From: Somniosus microcephalus
Lineage: Eukaryota
Reading direction: 5' to 3'
Assembly: GCA_052327205.1 (NCBI GenBank)
Contig: CM126230.1
Span: 23,126,001 to 23,190,000 of the forward strand
DNA: 64,000 nt
Shown: one piece after another, positions 47,841-60,701 of the stretch
Layout of the letters: the number at the start of each line of letters is the position of its first letter
Position numbering within the stretch: position 1 is the first letter of the stretch
Made by a program: the position numbers and the translations under genes
The notes under the pieces: generated by a model
Databases searched by the model: none
What the model saw: only the letters and a program-made list of their open reading frames with translations
What the model was told of the DNA's origin: nothing

Positions 47841-48694
47841 TTTTTTTTTTTTTCAGACACAACATCTACATTGAATTCCTCTATCTCGCTTTCATCTACT
47901 GTATGGACCTTGCTTTGTTGCGCTTGGTTCTTACAGCAACGGGCATAATGGTTGTTTTTGTTGCATCTATTGCATGTTTTACCATATGCTGGACACTTTC
48001 TTGGTGGATGCTGTGTACCGCATTGACTACATGACTTCCGATTGTCCCTTTCATTTTCATTTGCTGGCCACGTCTCTTTTTTCACATTGGCGCTCTCTTT
48101 GTTAAACGGTTTGTATCCGTTCTTTCTCACTGCATCCACGTTGCAGCTACTGTCACTGAACAGCTCCTTTGCCTGCAACTTCACAGTCTCTGTAGCCCTA
48201 CACAGTGCTATGGCTTTTCCCAGGTCTAGATCTTGCTCTCGTAGCAGTCTTTCCCTTAGACCATTATCTGGAATACCACACACCAGTCTGTCTTTTATCA
48301 GCGAGCCTGTGAGTCCCCCAAATTCACACGATTTGCTTCGGTTTCTCAGTTCAGTCACATACTGATCAATAGTCTCCCCGATTTTCTGTACACATGTGAA
48401 AAATTTGTGCCTCTCAAAGGTCACGTTGCGTTTAGGTATGCAGTAGGCCTCAAACTGTTCCATTATTTTATCTAGCTTCATTTTGTCTCCATCAACGGCA
48501 AATATGAAATTATTATACACCTCCAGCGCTGCATCACCCACTACATGTAAGAACACGGACGATTGCTGTTTATCACTTTTCTCGTCAGCTCCGATTGCCG
48601 CTAAATACAACCCCAAACGCTGTTTGAACCTTCTCCAATTTTCAGCCACATTACCTGTCAAATGAAGCGTCGCTGGTGGGAGTAGACCTTCCAT
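47786..48694 (-). CDS. Element B Gag (302 aa, open)
   Basis: GNVAENWRRFKQ...FERHKFFTCVQ..ETIDQYVTELR...IKDRLVCGI; CCHC knuckles. Confidence 0.9.
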   Translation of the reverse strand: MEGLLPPATLHLTGNVAENWRRFKQRLGLYLAAIGADEKSDKQQSSVFLHVVGDAALEVYNNFIFAVDGDKMKLDKIMEQFEAYCIPKRNVTFERHKFFTCVQKIGETIDQYVTELRNRSKSCEFGGLTGSLIKDRLVCGIPDNGLRERLLREQDLDLGKAIALCRATETVKLQAKELFSDSSCNVDAVRKNGYKPFNKESANVKKETWPANENERDNRKSCSQCGTQHPPRKCPAYGKTCNRCNKNNHYARCCKNQAQQSKVHTVDESEIEEFNVDVVSEKKKKIGPDSEKTDVQDKRQWN

Positions 48695-49104
48695 TTTTCA
48701 CTTCGTTAGCTATTCTCTAATGGTAAGCAACGATTTTCTCTTTTGGCTTGCTAGTATGTGGAGAGCTGTTTTAACTTCAAACTTTTTTCTTCATCTCTTT
48801 CAGTCACTCTCTTTCAGCCACTTCTGACACCATGTATTGATTTCTTTGTGGGTACAATGATGAGACATTTGTACAAGAGAATGACTTTTAATCTAAGGTA
48901 TATTCAACTCAAAGTTAACAGCATTTACAGGACACACCATGCTGTGATGCATCTAAAGTGAAACTAAAAACTCTCAGCCTGCTTGTCTGGTCACATGACC
49001 TCTGCTGGTCAAGCACAAGCAATCAATACCTGCAATCATGCTATTAAGGCATCATAATCGAACAGGCAAATAACATCACTATTTGCTGATATCATTACAT
49101 TCGT

Positions 49105-49955
49105 CGGGCACTCGGCATGTTCGCCTATTATGTGAAATGGATACCCTACTTCTCCGACAAGATCCAGCCCCTGCTTCACGCAAAGTCATTTCCATTGGAG
49201 GCAACGGCTATTTCAGCTTTCAACCTCCTCAAGCAACAACTGGAAAAAGCCACGCCTCGTTCCATTGATGAAAATCTTCCTTTCGTGGTCGAGTGCGATG
49301 CATCGGATGTGGCGATCTCGGCTACCTTGAATCAAGGTGGTCGACCTGTTGCATTTCTGTCCAGAACTTTGCAGGGTAGCGAGCTCCATTATCCTCCTTT
49401 CGAGAAGGAGGCTACGGCCATCATCGAAGCGGTACGTAAATGGAGTCATTTTCTCGCTCGTCACCATTTCACACTTATAACCGATCAGCGCTCTGTGGCC
49501 TTTATGCTGGATAACTGGAAACGCACTAAGATCAAGAATAACAAAATACAGCTCTGGAGGATGGAATTGGCTGCCTTTGGATACACCATACATTATTGAC
49601 CCGGGAAAGAGAATGTGGCCCCGGATACCCTACGCGGGCATTCTGCTCTTCTATGTCAACTTCGACTCTGGTGAATCTTCATACTGACTTATGCCATCCT
49701 GGCGTTATCCGTATGTTGCACTTTGTGCGATCTAAAAATCTCCCATTTTCTACGGAAGATGTTAAAAGAACGTGCTCCTCCTGTAAAATTTGTGTGGAGT
49801 TAAAACCGCAATTCTTCCGTCCATCGGATGACTCACTCCTACGCGCTATGCAGCCTATGCAGCGACTCAGCATTGACTTTAAAGGGCCATTGCCTTCCTC
49901 ACCGCGGAACACCTGCTTATTGACGATGGTGGACGAATATTCACCCTTTCCCTTT
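49105..49955 (+). pseudogene. Element A RNase H and integrase N-terminus
   Basis: ECDASDVAI..EKEATAII..TDQRS; HHCC (H..LCHPG..CSSCKIC), IDFKGP; TGA stop and frameshift near 49597-49632. Confidence 0.9.
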
Positions 49956-52900
49956 TGTTGTGTCGGTACCTTTCTACCTAGACACAATTTAGGACTCAGA
50001 ACTCAGAGATTCAAACATAAAGTGCTTTATTGGAAGGAAAGGAAGTTCTGGCAAGTTCCAAACAAAGAGAGCTAAACTTAACAGAGAACACCCAACCATT
50101 TATCTCCTGTGACAGCGCCACCACAGGTGGGAGGAGAACACACAATAGAACACACAATACATAACATTTCCTCCCCTCTTAAATGGAAGGTCCACATTAT
50201 TCCTCAACAGGTAAGTTACTTTCAATGCACTCAACGAACCTAGGGTAGAGGTAGACTGCCTCAAACCCTGACTTTACCCTGGGGTTTATTCTGCCCCAGT
50301 CTTGTGGGTAAGTCACTAAGCCTACAGATCCAAGCGTCTTGGAGGCCGCCGCTCTCTGACAGGATACCGACGGTCATCGCTGGCTTCCACAGCAGTAGGC
50401 ATTGACACAGGCCTGGATGGAGAAGGTGCCTGTGTCAGTTGAAAGTCAGGAGTTTGCACAGGTGGAACAGTCTCTTTGACTTCCTGTGTTGGAGAAGAGC
50501 ACTGTGGCAAAGGATGCTGGTTTGTGGTATCATCCGGAAACAGTTCAGGCCAACCAGCCGTTGGAGCCTCTGTGGCTGTCTCTGCTCCTAGCAACAGTTG
50601 ATCTGTGTGTCTTCTCCAGACGACGTCCTCAGCAGTCTCAACCGTGTAAGACACAGGGCCCGTCTGCGCGATCACCGTAGCAGGAACCCATTTCGGTCCT
50701 GTGTAGTAGTTTCGAGCTAGGACGTGCTCTCCAGGGTGAAACCGTCTCTCCTTGGCTCTTTTCTCTCTCTTTTCAACTTGAGCTTGTTGTTGACAATGGA
50801 CAACCTGTTCTGCCCTTGGAGGTTTGAGTAAGTCAAAACTTGTCCGCAACTGCCTCTTCATCATGAGCGAAGCGGGGGAAGTTTTGGTTGTGGCATGCGG
50901 CTTGTTCTTGTAGGACAACAGGAAGCTGTTCAGACGTTGCTGGATTGAGCCCTGACCTTGCGATGCCTTCAAGGCGCGCTTCAAAGTTTGCACAAACCTT
51001 TCTGCCTGGCCGTTAGTAGAGGGATGATAGGGCGCAGGCCTGATGTGTTGGACACCATTCACATGCAGGAAGGTTGCAAACTCCTGTGATACAAATTGTG
51101 GACTGTTGTCACTTACGAGTTGTTCCGGTGAGCCATAACGGCTGAACATCTCACCAAGTTTCTCAATTGTTTTCTCTGCCGTGGTAGACCTCATCACAGC
51201 GACCTCCGGCCACTTGCTACGAGCGTCCACAACCACCATAAACATCTTCTCTTCGAAAGGACCAGCGAAGTCCACATGTACTCGCTGCCACACTTCTGCA
51301 GGCCAATCCCAGGGGTGTAGGGTTGCCAGCTGTGACATGGGGAACATGTTTTGGCTTTCTCCTCAATATTTCCATCGAGACCTGGCCACCAGAAGTAGCT
51401 TCTTGCCATTTCCTTCATCCGAACCATCCCACTGTGGCCTGTATGAAGTTGTTGCAGTATAGGTTCCCTCAGAGGTGGCGGAATGATGACACGGCGTCCC
51501 CAAAGAAGACAACCTGCCTGGACGGAGAGCTCATTTCTTTTTGAAACGTAAGGTTTCAAACTAGGAGAATCTCCTATAGCTCTCCCTCGAATGACATCGT
51601 CCATTACCTCAGACAGGACTGGATCGTTGCGGGTGTACATTCGCACCTGAACTGCAGTGACAGGTGCTCCCGCCACTTGTCTAAAGTAGAAGATGTCTAT
51701 CTGACGAGGCTCTGGGGGAGTAACAGGCAAGGGTAGCCTCGAGAGACCGTCTGCGTTGCCGTGCAAGTCTGATTTGCGATATTTGATGTCGTATGTGTGT
51801 CCTGACAACAGTAAAGCCCACCTTTGCATCCTGCTTGCAGCGAGAGACGGAATTCCGGTGTGGGGCCCGAAGATTGAAGTCAATGGACGGTGGTCCATCA
51901 GGAGTGTGAACCTTCTCCCAAACAGGTACTGATGAAATTTTCGAATTCCAAAAACGATTCCCAAGGCCTCGCGCTCGATCTGCGCATAGTTACTCTCGGC
52001 CTTGTTCAAGGTGCGTGATGCGAAGGCGATAGGTTTCTCTTCACCCGAAGGCATGATGTGGCATATGACTGCTCCCACACCATATGGTGATGCATCACAT
52101 GCTAGCTGCACAGGTAGCTTTGGGTCGAAGTGTGTCAGGACCTCTGATTTCAGCAATGCTTTCTTTGCTTGGGCGAAAGCTTCGTTGCACAGTTCAGTCC
52201 ATTTCCATATTTTGCCTTGACATAGCAACTGATGTAATGGCTTCAGCAATGTTGCTAAGTCTGGAATAAACTTCCCATAGTAGTTAAGTAGCCCCAGAAA
52301 TGAACGTAACTGGCTCACATTCTGGGGTGCTGGGGCTTCCACGATCGCCTTGACCTTTGACGGCGCCTTATGCAGGCCAGTAGCGTCAATCACATGCCCC
52401 AGGTACTCAACTGAAGACTGAAAGAATTCACATTTGTCTTTACGAACTCTGAGTCCGTACTCTTTCAGTCGTTGTAGTGTCGCATCCAAGTTCAGAAGAT
52501 GATCCTCCTCATTTGTCCCAGTGACAAGGATGTCATCCAGGTAGCACTGGACTCCTGGCAGTCCACTCAAAATCTGATCCATTGCCCTTTGGAATAGAGC
52601 AGGGGCCGACGTAATTCCAAACGGAAGGCGGCATTACCTGTATAGCCCCTTGTGTGTCACAATTGTCAGCAGCTCCTTTGATTTGTCATCGACATGCATT
52701 TGTAGATAAGCCTGGCATCAGTCTATTTTGCTGAGCTTTTGCCCTCCGGCCAGGCCCGTAAAAAGATCATCAATGAGGGGAAGAGGGTACTGTTCCGCAG
52801 ACAGCACCGGGTTAATAGTCACTTTAAAATCCCCGCAGATTCGAACAGATCCATCCTTTTTCAGGACAGGAACAATGGGTGTGGCCCATTTGCTCACGCT

Positions 52901-54566
52901 CACAGGCTCCAGGACTCCATTCTCGACTAAGGCCTCCAAGTTAGCCTCAACTTTTGGCCTAATTGCATAGGGTACAGATCGGGCTTTGTGAAACTTCGGC
53001 TTGCTGTCAGGTTTAATGTCCAGTCTCACGCTGATCTTTTTCATGCTCCCAAGTTCCCCATTGAAGAGTTCTGCATGTTTGTTTAACACTGCAGTCAGAC
53101 CTGACTCCCCTTTTGACATCATGCGGACTGCAGGCCAGTCCAGCGTGATTTTCTCTAGCCACGCACGTCCCAGTAGCGATGGGTAATTTCCCTTTACCAC
53201 ATATAGTGGCAGTTTTGCAGTCTGTCCATTCAATTTAACTGTCACCTCAATGACGCCTCTCATGGCCACAGGTTCACCGGTATACGTCTTTAGCACAATG
53301 TTTGTTGGCTGAAGGGTAAGATGCTTTAGCATTTTGTTGTAGACAGTGTCTGAAACAAGGGACACAGCTGCACCTGTGTCCACCTCCATCCGCACTGATT
53401 GTCCCTCCACCAGTGGTGACACCCAGTAGCCATTTAAATCACCTGCAACCGTCAGTATGTGCACCTCTTCCTCCTCAGAGTTGTCGCTCCCCTCTGTTTT
53501 GCTTGTTCCATCATACTGCACTGAATGAACACTCTTTTTCCTCTCTTGTCCAAATACAGACATTTTGCTTCCATGCTTCCCAGCTCTGTCTGTTCTTTTT
53601 TTACCTCTACAGGCGCGTTCAATGTGACCCTTTTTGCCACAATTTCGGCATTCCAGCTCTGTACACCAGCAGTCATTAGCGTGATGGCCCGTTTTCCCAC
53701 AACGGTAACATGTGCCGTTCCGCGCACCTTTAGGCTCAGACGACACCTTGTGAACTCTCCCTGTTGAACTCAACTGGTGAGCCTCCTTTTCCGCCATCTC
53801 CATGGAGACACTAACTTCAATGGCCTTTTCAAGAGTAAGGTTGTCCTTAGTAAGAAGGCGCTTCTGTGTGGCTGCATTTTGCAGACCACACACAAGTCTG
53901 TCTCTAATGGTGTCATTCAGCACCTCCTTGAACTGGCAGTGTTCTGACAACCTTTTTAAAGCAGCAATAAACATCGTCACTGATTCCCCCTCCTCTTGAT
54001 TCCGTTTATGAAATCTAAATCTCTCAGCAATAACCAGAGGTTTTGGTGAAAAATGTGCTCCAAGAATTTCCACTAGTTGCTTATATGTTTTAGTTCCTGG
54101 CTTATCTGGTTGCACGAGGCTGCGAAGTAAATTGAATGTCTTCGGCCCGATTACACTCAAAAAGGTAGGCACGACCTTTTCATTTGCCAATACAAAATAG
54201 TCAAAACATTCTGTATAAGCGCTCCATTGCTCCACATTTTCATCAAAATCACCGATGTTTCCGAATATAGTAGCCATATCACGTTTCAAATTAAATTTTC
54301 TGTTTACTCACTGCACCCGTAACGTACGCAGATTCGTCCGCTCCTCATTGCCACTTGTTGTGTCGGTACCTTTCTACCTAGACACAATTTAGGACTCAGA
54401 ACTCAGAGATTCAAACATAAAGTGCTTTATTGGAAGGAAAGGAAGTTCTGGCAAGTTCCGAACAAAGAGAGCTAAACTTAACAGAGAACACCCAACCATT
54501 TATCTCCTGTGACAGCGCCACCACAGGTGGGAGGAGAACACACAATAGAACACACAATACATAACA
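49956..54566 (-). mobile_element. Gypsy (Mag-like) element C, full length
   Basis: 211-bp LTRs 49956-50166 and 54356-54566 (1 mismatch), TSD CCTTT, PBS-like TGGCAATGAGGA, PPT AAGAGGGGAGGAAA. Confidence 0.97.
50322..54289 (-). pseudogene. Element C gag-pol with one stop (52718) and one frameshift (~51340)
   Basis: Two CCHC knuckles, VDTGA protease, RT YLDD, RNase H CDASPYG/EREAL, integrase VHVDFAGP..SDN..NGQAERFV. Confidence 0.93.
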
Positions 54567-54571
54567 CCTTT

Positions 54572-55145
54572 GCTTTCCCCTGTCCCAATATGCTTACTTC
54601 CACAGTGATCAAATGCCTTGATCAAGTCTTTTCCCTTTGCGGTACGGCCAATTTCATCCACTCTGATCGGGGTCCCTCCTTCATGTCAAGCAAACTCAAA
54701 CGTTATCTCTCCCAACGGGGAATCACCACAAGTAAAACGACACCGTACCATCCCATCAGTAATGGACAGGTTGAGAGATACAACACTATCATTTGGAACG
54801 CTGTTCGTCTTGCGCTGAGGTCACGCAATCTACCAGGCCAGCAGTGGGAAACTATGCTCCCTGACGCGTTGCATTCCATCAGGTCTCTCCTTTCTACTTC
54901 TACCAATGTCACACCTCACGAGCGATTCTTCGGCTTCCAGCGTCGCTCCACCCATGGGACATCTCTACTGTCATGGTTGGCAGCTCCTGGCCCCGTGCTG
55001 CTCCGAAGATTCGTCTGATCGTCAAAAACCGATCCCCTAGTCGACGAGGTAGAACTTACAGACATCAACCCCACATACGCCCACGTACGGTACCCGGATG
55101 GCCGGGAGTCCACCGTCTCGCTCCGGGACATGGCTCCCTGTCCAG
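54572..55145 (+). pseudogene. Element A integrase core and C-terminus
   Basis: DEYSPFPF|AFPCP joins across insert C; HSDRG..YHPISNGQVERYN; in-frame TGA at 55016-55018. Confidence 0.9.
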
Positions 55146-55824
55146 CCGATTCCGCGGACCCGACTGATGGAGGGACCCGTGGGGATGAGGCCGACTCTCT
55201 GCGCTCCCCCGAGGATGATGCCCTACCTGGGACATCGAGGGATCTGCTGGCTGCCCCGCCGGATCCGCTCGGGGAGCCGAGCACCCCCCGTAGGATGGCC
55301 ACCCCGGGCCAGGACGCCGGTCAATCTCTGGCTAACCAACAGGACGAAGCCAGTTCTGCGCCTGTGGGGACCCGCACCCGGAGTCACGATCTCCCCAGCC
55401 TCCCTCGGGTTGATCAGAGCAACACGGGCCCTGTTGATGCACCGGCACAGATCAAGCGGCCCAGGGACCAAGACACGGTCCGGGGAGATGTGCCTTCTAG
55501 CCATAAACAAAAATCTAAAAGACTGCGGCTATTCATGGTCCGCCTGATCTGCTTAGAGGAAGTCGTCGGACTTCCAAATCTTTTAGGCAGGAAGAATGTC
55601 ATAAATCTCATCATCGAGAAACTACCTATGAAATAACACTGGACGACCAGCTGGTGGCACCGTCCAAGGAGTATAAATACTCGGGCGTTGGCCCCAGCTT
55701 GCCCTGGGACATTTTGTAAGACAAGGAACTAGTGAAGTACAACTAGACCTCCATGTTCTGAAACAAGTTGATTAAAGCCTTGCTTTATGCTCAAACCAAG
55801 TGTGTAGTGAGTTTCATTACGTCA

Positions 55825-56200
55825 ACAGCCAATGAAGTACTTTTTGAAGTGTAGTCACTGTTGTAACGTAGGAAACACGGCAGCCAATTTACGCACAGCA
55901 AGCTCCCACAAACAGCAATTTGATAATGAGCAGATAATCTGTTTTTTAGTGATGTTGGTTGAGGGAAAAATATTGGCCAGGACACCGGGGAGAACTCCCC
56001 TGCTCTTCTTCAAAATAGTGCCATAGGATCTTTCACATCCACCTGAGAGAGCAGACGGGGCCTTGGTTTAACGTCTCATCCGAAAGATGGCACCTCTGAC
56101 AGTGCAACACTCCCTCGGCACTGAACTGGAGTGTCAGCCTAGATATTGTGCTCAAGTCTCTAGAGCGGGACTTGAACCCACAACCTTCTGACTCAGAATG
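55825..56200 (-). mobile_element. DeuSINE body (5' part of the SINE split by element A)
   Basis: Deu domain and B box. Confidence 0.9.
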
Positions 56201-56544
56201 GGGAACAGTTCTGTACTCTGGCTCTATGCCCACTAGGAACTGAATTGAGACGTACAAACTCATTTCACATAGGACCCTTACAGCCAGCACACAAGAGTTT
56301 TCGGTTTAACATAAGAACATAAGAACATAAGAATTAGGAGCAGGAGTAGGCCAATCGGCCCCTCGAGCCTGCTCCGCCATTCAATAAGATCATGGCTGAT
56401 CTGATCCTAACTGCCAATCCACTATCACAGAACCATCTCCTGAATCTAACAGAATTAGACACACGAACTAGGAGCAGGATCAGGCTACACAGCCCCTGGG
56501 CCCGCTCCACTACCCACAGGGCCATGACCGATCCGAACCTAGAC

Positions 56545-59495
56545 TCATGTCCAAATTCCTGCCCACTCCCCGTAACCCTTAATTCCCTTTACTTCTAGGA
56601 AACTGTCTATTTCTGTTTTAAATTTATGTAATGATGTAGCTTCTACAGTTTTTTGGGGCAGCATATTCCATGGACCTAGCACCCTCTGAGTGAAGTAGTT
56701 CCTCCTCATCTCAGTTTTGAAAGAGCAGCCCCTTATTCTAAGACTATGCCCCCTAGTTCTAGTTTCACCCATCATCGGGAACATCTTCCCTGCATCCACC
56801 CGATCCAACCCCTTCACAATCTTATATGTTTCAATAAGATCGCCTCTCATTCTTCTGAACTCCAATGAGTAGAGTCCCAATCTACTCAACCTCTCCTCAT
56901 ATGTCCGTCCCCTCATCCCCGGGACTAACCGAGTGAACCTTCTTTGTACTGACTCGAGAGCAAGTATGTCCTTCCTTAAGTATGGACACCAAAACTGTAC
57001 GCAGTATTCCAGGTGCGGTCTCACCAATACCTTGTACAACTGAAGCAATACCTCCCTATTTTTATATTCTATCCCCCTAGCAATGAAAGCCAACATTCCA
57101 TTGGCCTTCTTAATCACTTGCTGCACCTGCATACTAACCTTTTGAGTTTCATGCACCAGGACCCCCAGATCCCTTTGTACTTCAGTACTTTCCAGTTTCT
57201 TGCCATTAAGATAATAACTTGCTCTACGATTTTTCCTGCCAAAGTGCATAACCTCACACTTTCCAGTATTGTATTCCACCTGCCAAATCTCTGCCCACTT
57301 ACTTAGCCTGTCTATGTCCCCTTGAAGGTTTTTTATGTCCTCCTCACTCACTACTTTCCCCCCATCTTAGTATCATCGGCAAACTTTGATATGTTACACT
57401 CGGTCCCCTCCTCCAAATCATTAATATAGATTGTAAAGAGTTGGGGACCCAGCACTGACCCCTGCGGAACACCACTAGTTACTGATTGCCAGTCTGAGAA
57501 TGAACCATTTATCCCAACTCTCTGCCTTCTGTTAGATAGCCAATCCTCTATCCATGCCAGAATATTACCCCCAATCCCGTGATTTTTTATCTTAAGCAAT
57601 AATCTTTTGTGTGGCACCTTGTCAAATGCCTTTTGGAAGTCTAAATACACTACGTCCACTGGTTCCCCTTTATCCACCCTATATGTTACTTCCTCAAAGA
57701 ACTCCAGCAAATTTGTCAAACATGACTTCCCCTTCATAAAACCATGCTGACTTTGTCCTATTAAATTATGATTATCCAAATGTCCTGTTACTGTCTCCTT
57801 AATAATGGACTCCAAAATTTTACCTACCACAGATGTTAGGCTAACCGGTCTATAGTTTCCAGCCTTCTGTCTACTGCCCTTTTTAAATAAGGGTGTTACA
57901 TTAGCAGTTTTCCAGTCTGCCGGGACCATTGCCGAGTCCAGGGAGTTTTGGAAAATTATTACCAATGCATCCACAATCCCTACCGCCACTTCCCTCAAGA
58001 CCCTAGGATGTAAGCCATCAGGTCCAGGTGATTTATCCACCTTGAGTCCCATTATTTTACCGAGTACCACTTCCTTAGTGATTTTGATCGTGTTTAGCTC
58101 CTCCCCCCCTTTAGCCCCCTGTTTGTCCAGTGTTGGGATATTCTTAGTGTCTTCTACTGTAAAGACTGATGTAAAATATTCATTCAGTGTTTTTGCCATC
58201 TCCATATTTCCCACCATTAATTTCCCGGTCTCATCCTCTAAGGGACCAACATTTACTTTAGCCACCCTTTTTCTTTTTATGTAACTATAAAAAGTCTTAC
58301 TATCTGTTTTTATATTTTTTGCTAATTTACTTTCATAATCTATCTTCCCTTTCTTAATCAATCTTTTTGTTATTTTTTGCTGTCTTTTAAAGTTTTCCCA
58401 ATCCTCTATCCTCCCACTAGATTTGGCTACCTTATATGCCCTTGTTTTTAGTCGAATACTATCCTTAATTTCTTTACTTAGCCACGGATGGCTGTCTTTT
58501 CTTTTACACCCTTTTCTTCTCAGTGGAATATATATTTTTTGGAAGTTGTAAAATAACTCCTTAAATGTACACCACTGACCATGTATTGTCTTACCCTTTA
58601 ATCTATTTTCCCAATCCACTCTACTCAATTCCGCTCTCATACCTTCATAGTCTCCTTTATTCAAGCTTAGCACGCTTGTTTGAGATCCAACCTTCTCACC
58701 CTCTAATTGAATATGGAATTCAACCATGTTATGGTCACTCATTCCAAGGGGATCCTTTACTAGGACATTTTTAATTAATCCTGTCTCGTTACACAGGACC
58801 AGATCTAAGGTTGCCTGCCCCCTGGTCGGTTCAGTTACATACTGCTCAAGAAACCCATCCCTAATACACTCAATGAACTCATCCTCAAGGTAGCCCTGCC
58901 CAATTTGATTTGTCCAATTAATATGATAGTTAAAATCCCCCATAATTATAGATGTTCCCTTATTACAAGCCTCAACTATTTCCTGATTGATACTCCGTCC
59001 AACAGAGTTGCCACAGTTCGGAGGCCTATAGACTACGCCCACTAGTGTTTTTTTCCCCTTATTATTCCTTACCTCCACCCAAACTGTTTTATTGTCCTGA
59101 TCTTTTGACCCAATATCATTTCTCTGTATTACAGTGATTCCTTCCTTTATTAACATAGCCACCCCACCTCCCCTTCCTTCCTGCCTGTCCTTCCTGATCG
59201 TTAAATAACCTGGTATGTTTAATTCCCAGGCATTGCCACCCTGCAGCCATGTTTCTGTAATGGCCACAAGATCATACCCATGTGTAGTTATTTGTGCCAT
59301 TAACTCATCTATTTTGTTACGAATGCTACGTGCACTCAGATAGAGAACTTTCAAAGATGTTTTGTGACACTTAGTTCCTGCTTTTGCCCTTTTTATTACT
59401 TTCCCTTTTACTCCATACCTTCTGCCCCTTCCTGACATGCTCTGGCTTTTAATTTCCCCACTGCTACCTAAGTCTATGACCTTCCCTGTTGTCAT
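56545..59495 (-). CDS. CR1 ORF2 (APE endonuclease plus RT) with a single -1 frameshift at ~57360
   Basis: AITETWL, GVVYRPP, MGDFN, SDHN; [33 protein letters not shown]; C-terminal RGDLIE. Confidence 0.95.
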
Positions 59496-59533
59496 TTGTA
59501 TTATTTGCTCTCTAGGAACCTCCCCCCCACTAG

Positions 59534-60490
59534 TTAGTTTAAAGCCCTCTCTACAGCCCTAGTTATATGATCCGCCAGGACTCTAGTCCCAGCACTGGCC
59601 AAGTGAAGCCCGTCCCAACGGAACAGCTCCCTCCTGCCCCAGTACTGGTGCCAGTGTCCCAGGAAGTAAAACCCATTTCTCCCACACCAGTCTTTGAGCC
59701 ATGCATTTAACTCTGTAATTTTATTTGTCCTCGCCAAATTCGCTCGTGGCTCAGGTAATAATCCAGAGATTATTACCCTTGTGGTTCTGCTTTTTAATTT
59801 GGCCCCTAGCTGCTCAAACTCCCTCAGCAGAACCTCCTTCCTTGTCCTATCTATGTCGTTGGTACCAACATGGACCACGACAACTGGATCCTCCCCCTCC
59901 CACTCCAAGTTTCTCTCCAGTCCAGAGGAGATGTCCTTAACCCTGGCACCGGGCAGGCAACACAGCCTTCGGGACTCTCGCTCTCGGCTGCAGAGAACTC
60001 TATCTATCCCCCTAATGATACTATCCCCTACCACTACAACATTTCTTTTAACTCCCCCCACTTGAATGGCCCCCGGCTCCACGGTGCTGTGGCCAGGTTG
60101 CTCATCCTCCCCGCAGTTCCTGTTCCCATCCTCACAGGGAGTAAGAGCCTCGAACCTGTTGGACAAGTGCAGGGGCTGCGGCTCCTCCAACACTACCTCC
60201 TGGATCCCCGTACCTGCCTCACTTCTAGTCACACCATCCTGACCCTGGCCACGGACTACATCTGAATTAATTAATCTAATTGGTGTGACTACCTCCTGAT
60301 ACACAGAGTCCAGGTAACTCTCCCCCTCCCTGATGTGTCTCAGTGTTTGAAGCTCGGACTCCAGCTCTTCAACACGGAGCCGGAATTCCTCGAGCAGCCA
60401 ACACTTACTGCAAATGTGATCACCGTGAGCATCAATGGTGTCCACCAGCTCCCACATATTGCAGCAGCAACACATCGCCTGATCTCCCAT
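59534..60490 (-). CDS. CR1 ORF1 (zinc finger/coiled coil plus SGNH esterase), 318 aa
   Basis: CCCCNMW..CSKC, leucine-rich coil, GDSIIRG, HVGTND, DGLHL. Confidence 0.95.
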   Translation of the reverse strand: MGDQAMCCCCNMWELVDTIDAHGDHICSKCWLLEEFRLRVEELESELQTLRHIREGESYLDSVYQEVVTPIRLINSDVVRGQGQDGVTRSEAGTGIQEVVLEEPQPLHLSNRFEALTPCEDGNRNCGEDEQPGHSTVEPGAIQVGGVKRNVVVVGDSIIRGIDRVLCSRERESRRLCCLPGARVKDISSGLERNLEWEGEDPVVVVHVGTNDIDRTRKEVLLREFEQLGAKLKSRTTRVIISGLLPEPRANLARTNKITELNAWLKDWCGRNGFYFLGHWHQYWGRRELFRWDGLHLASAGTRVLADHITRAVERALN

Positions 60491-60701
60491 TCTATGTAAT
60501 TAATTAAATTTATTAATATTATTCTTGAATACCCTCTGCCTCGATTCTAGATGGTGAATATCACACCTTAGAAACTATAAACCAAGGAGATTTAAGCTTA
60601 AAAAGGGAGAAATACTTAGCAACCAATCACTTACCCGCTTTGTGGTGACGTCACACCTTGAATACTTTTTACCTCTCTCCTTCCCTGAGATTGGAAATTG
60701 G

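Larger units (their letters stand above)
46779..49099 (-). mobile_element. Gypsy (Mag-like) element B, non-autonomous with pol deleted
   Basis: 267-bp LTRs 46779-47045 and 48833-49099 (3 mismatches), TSD TTCGT, PBS TGGTGTCAGAAGTGG (tRNA-Leu type), PPT AAGAAAGGGAGA. Confidence 0.95.
44293..55824 (+). mobile_element. Gypsy LTR retrotransposon A (host), full length, with two nested insertions
   Basis: LTRs 44293-44519 and 55597-55824 (TG...CA), 5-bp TSD ACAGC, PPT AGGCAGGAAGAA; gag-PR-RT-RH-IN order. Confidence 0.97.
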
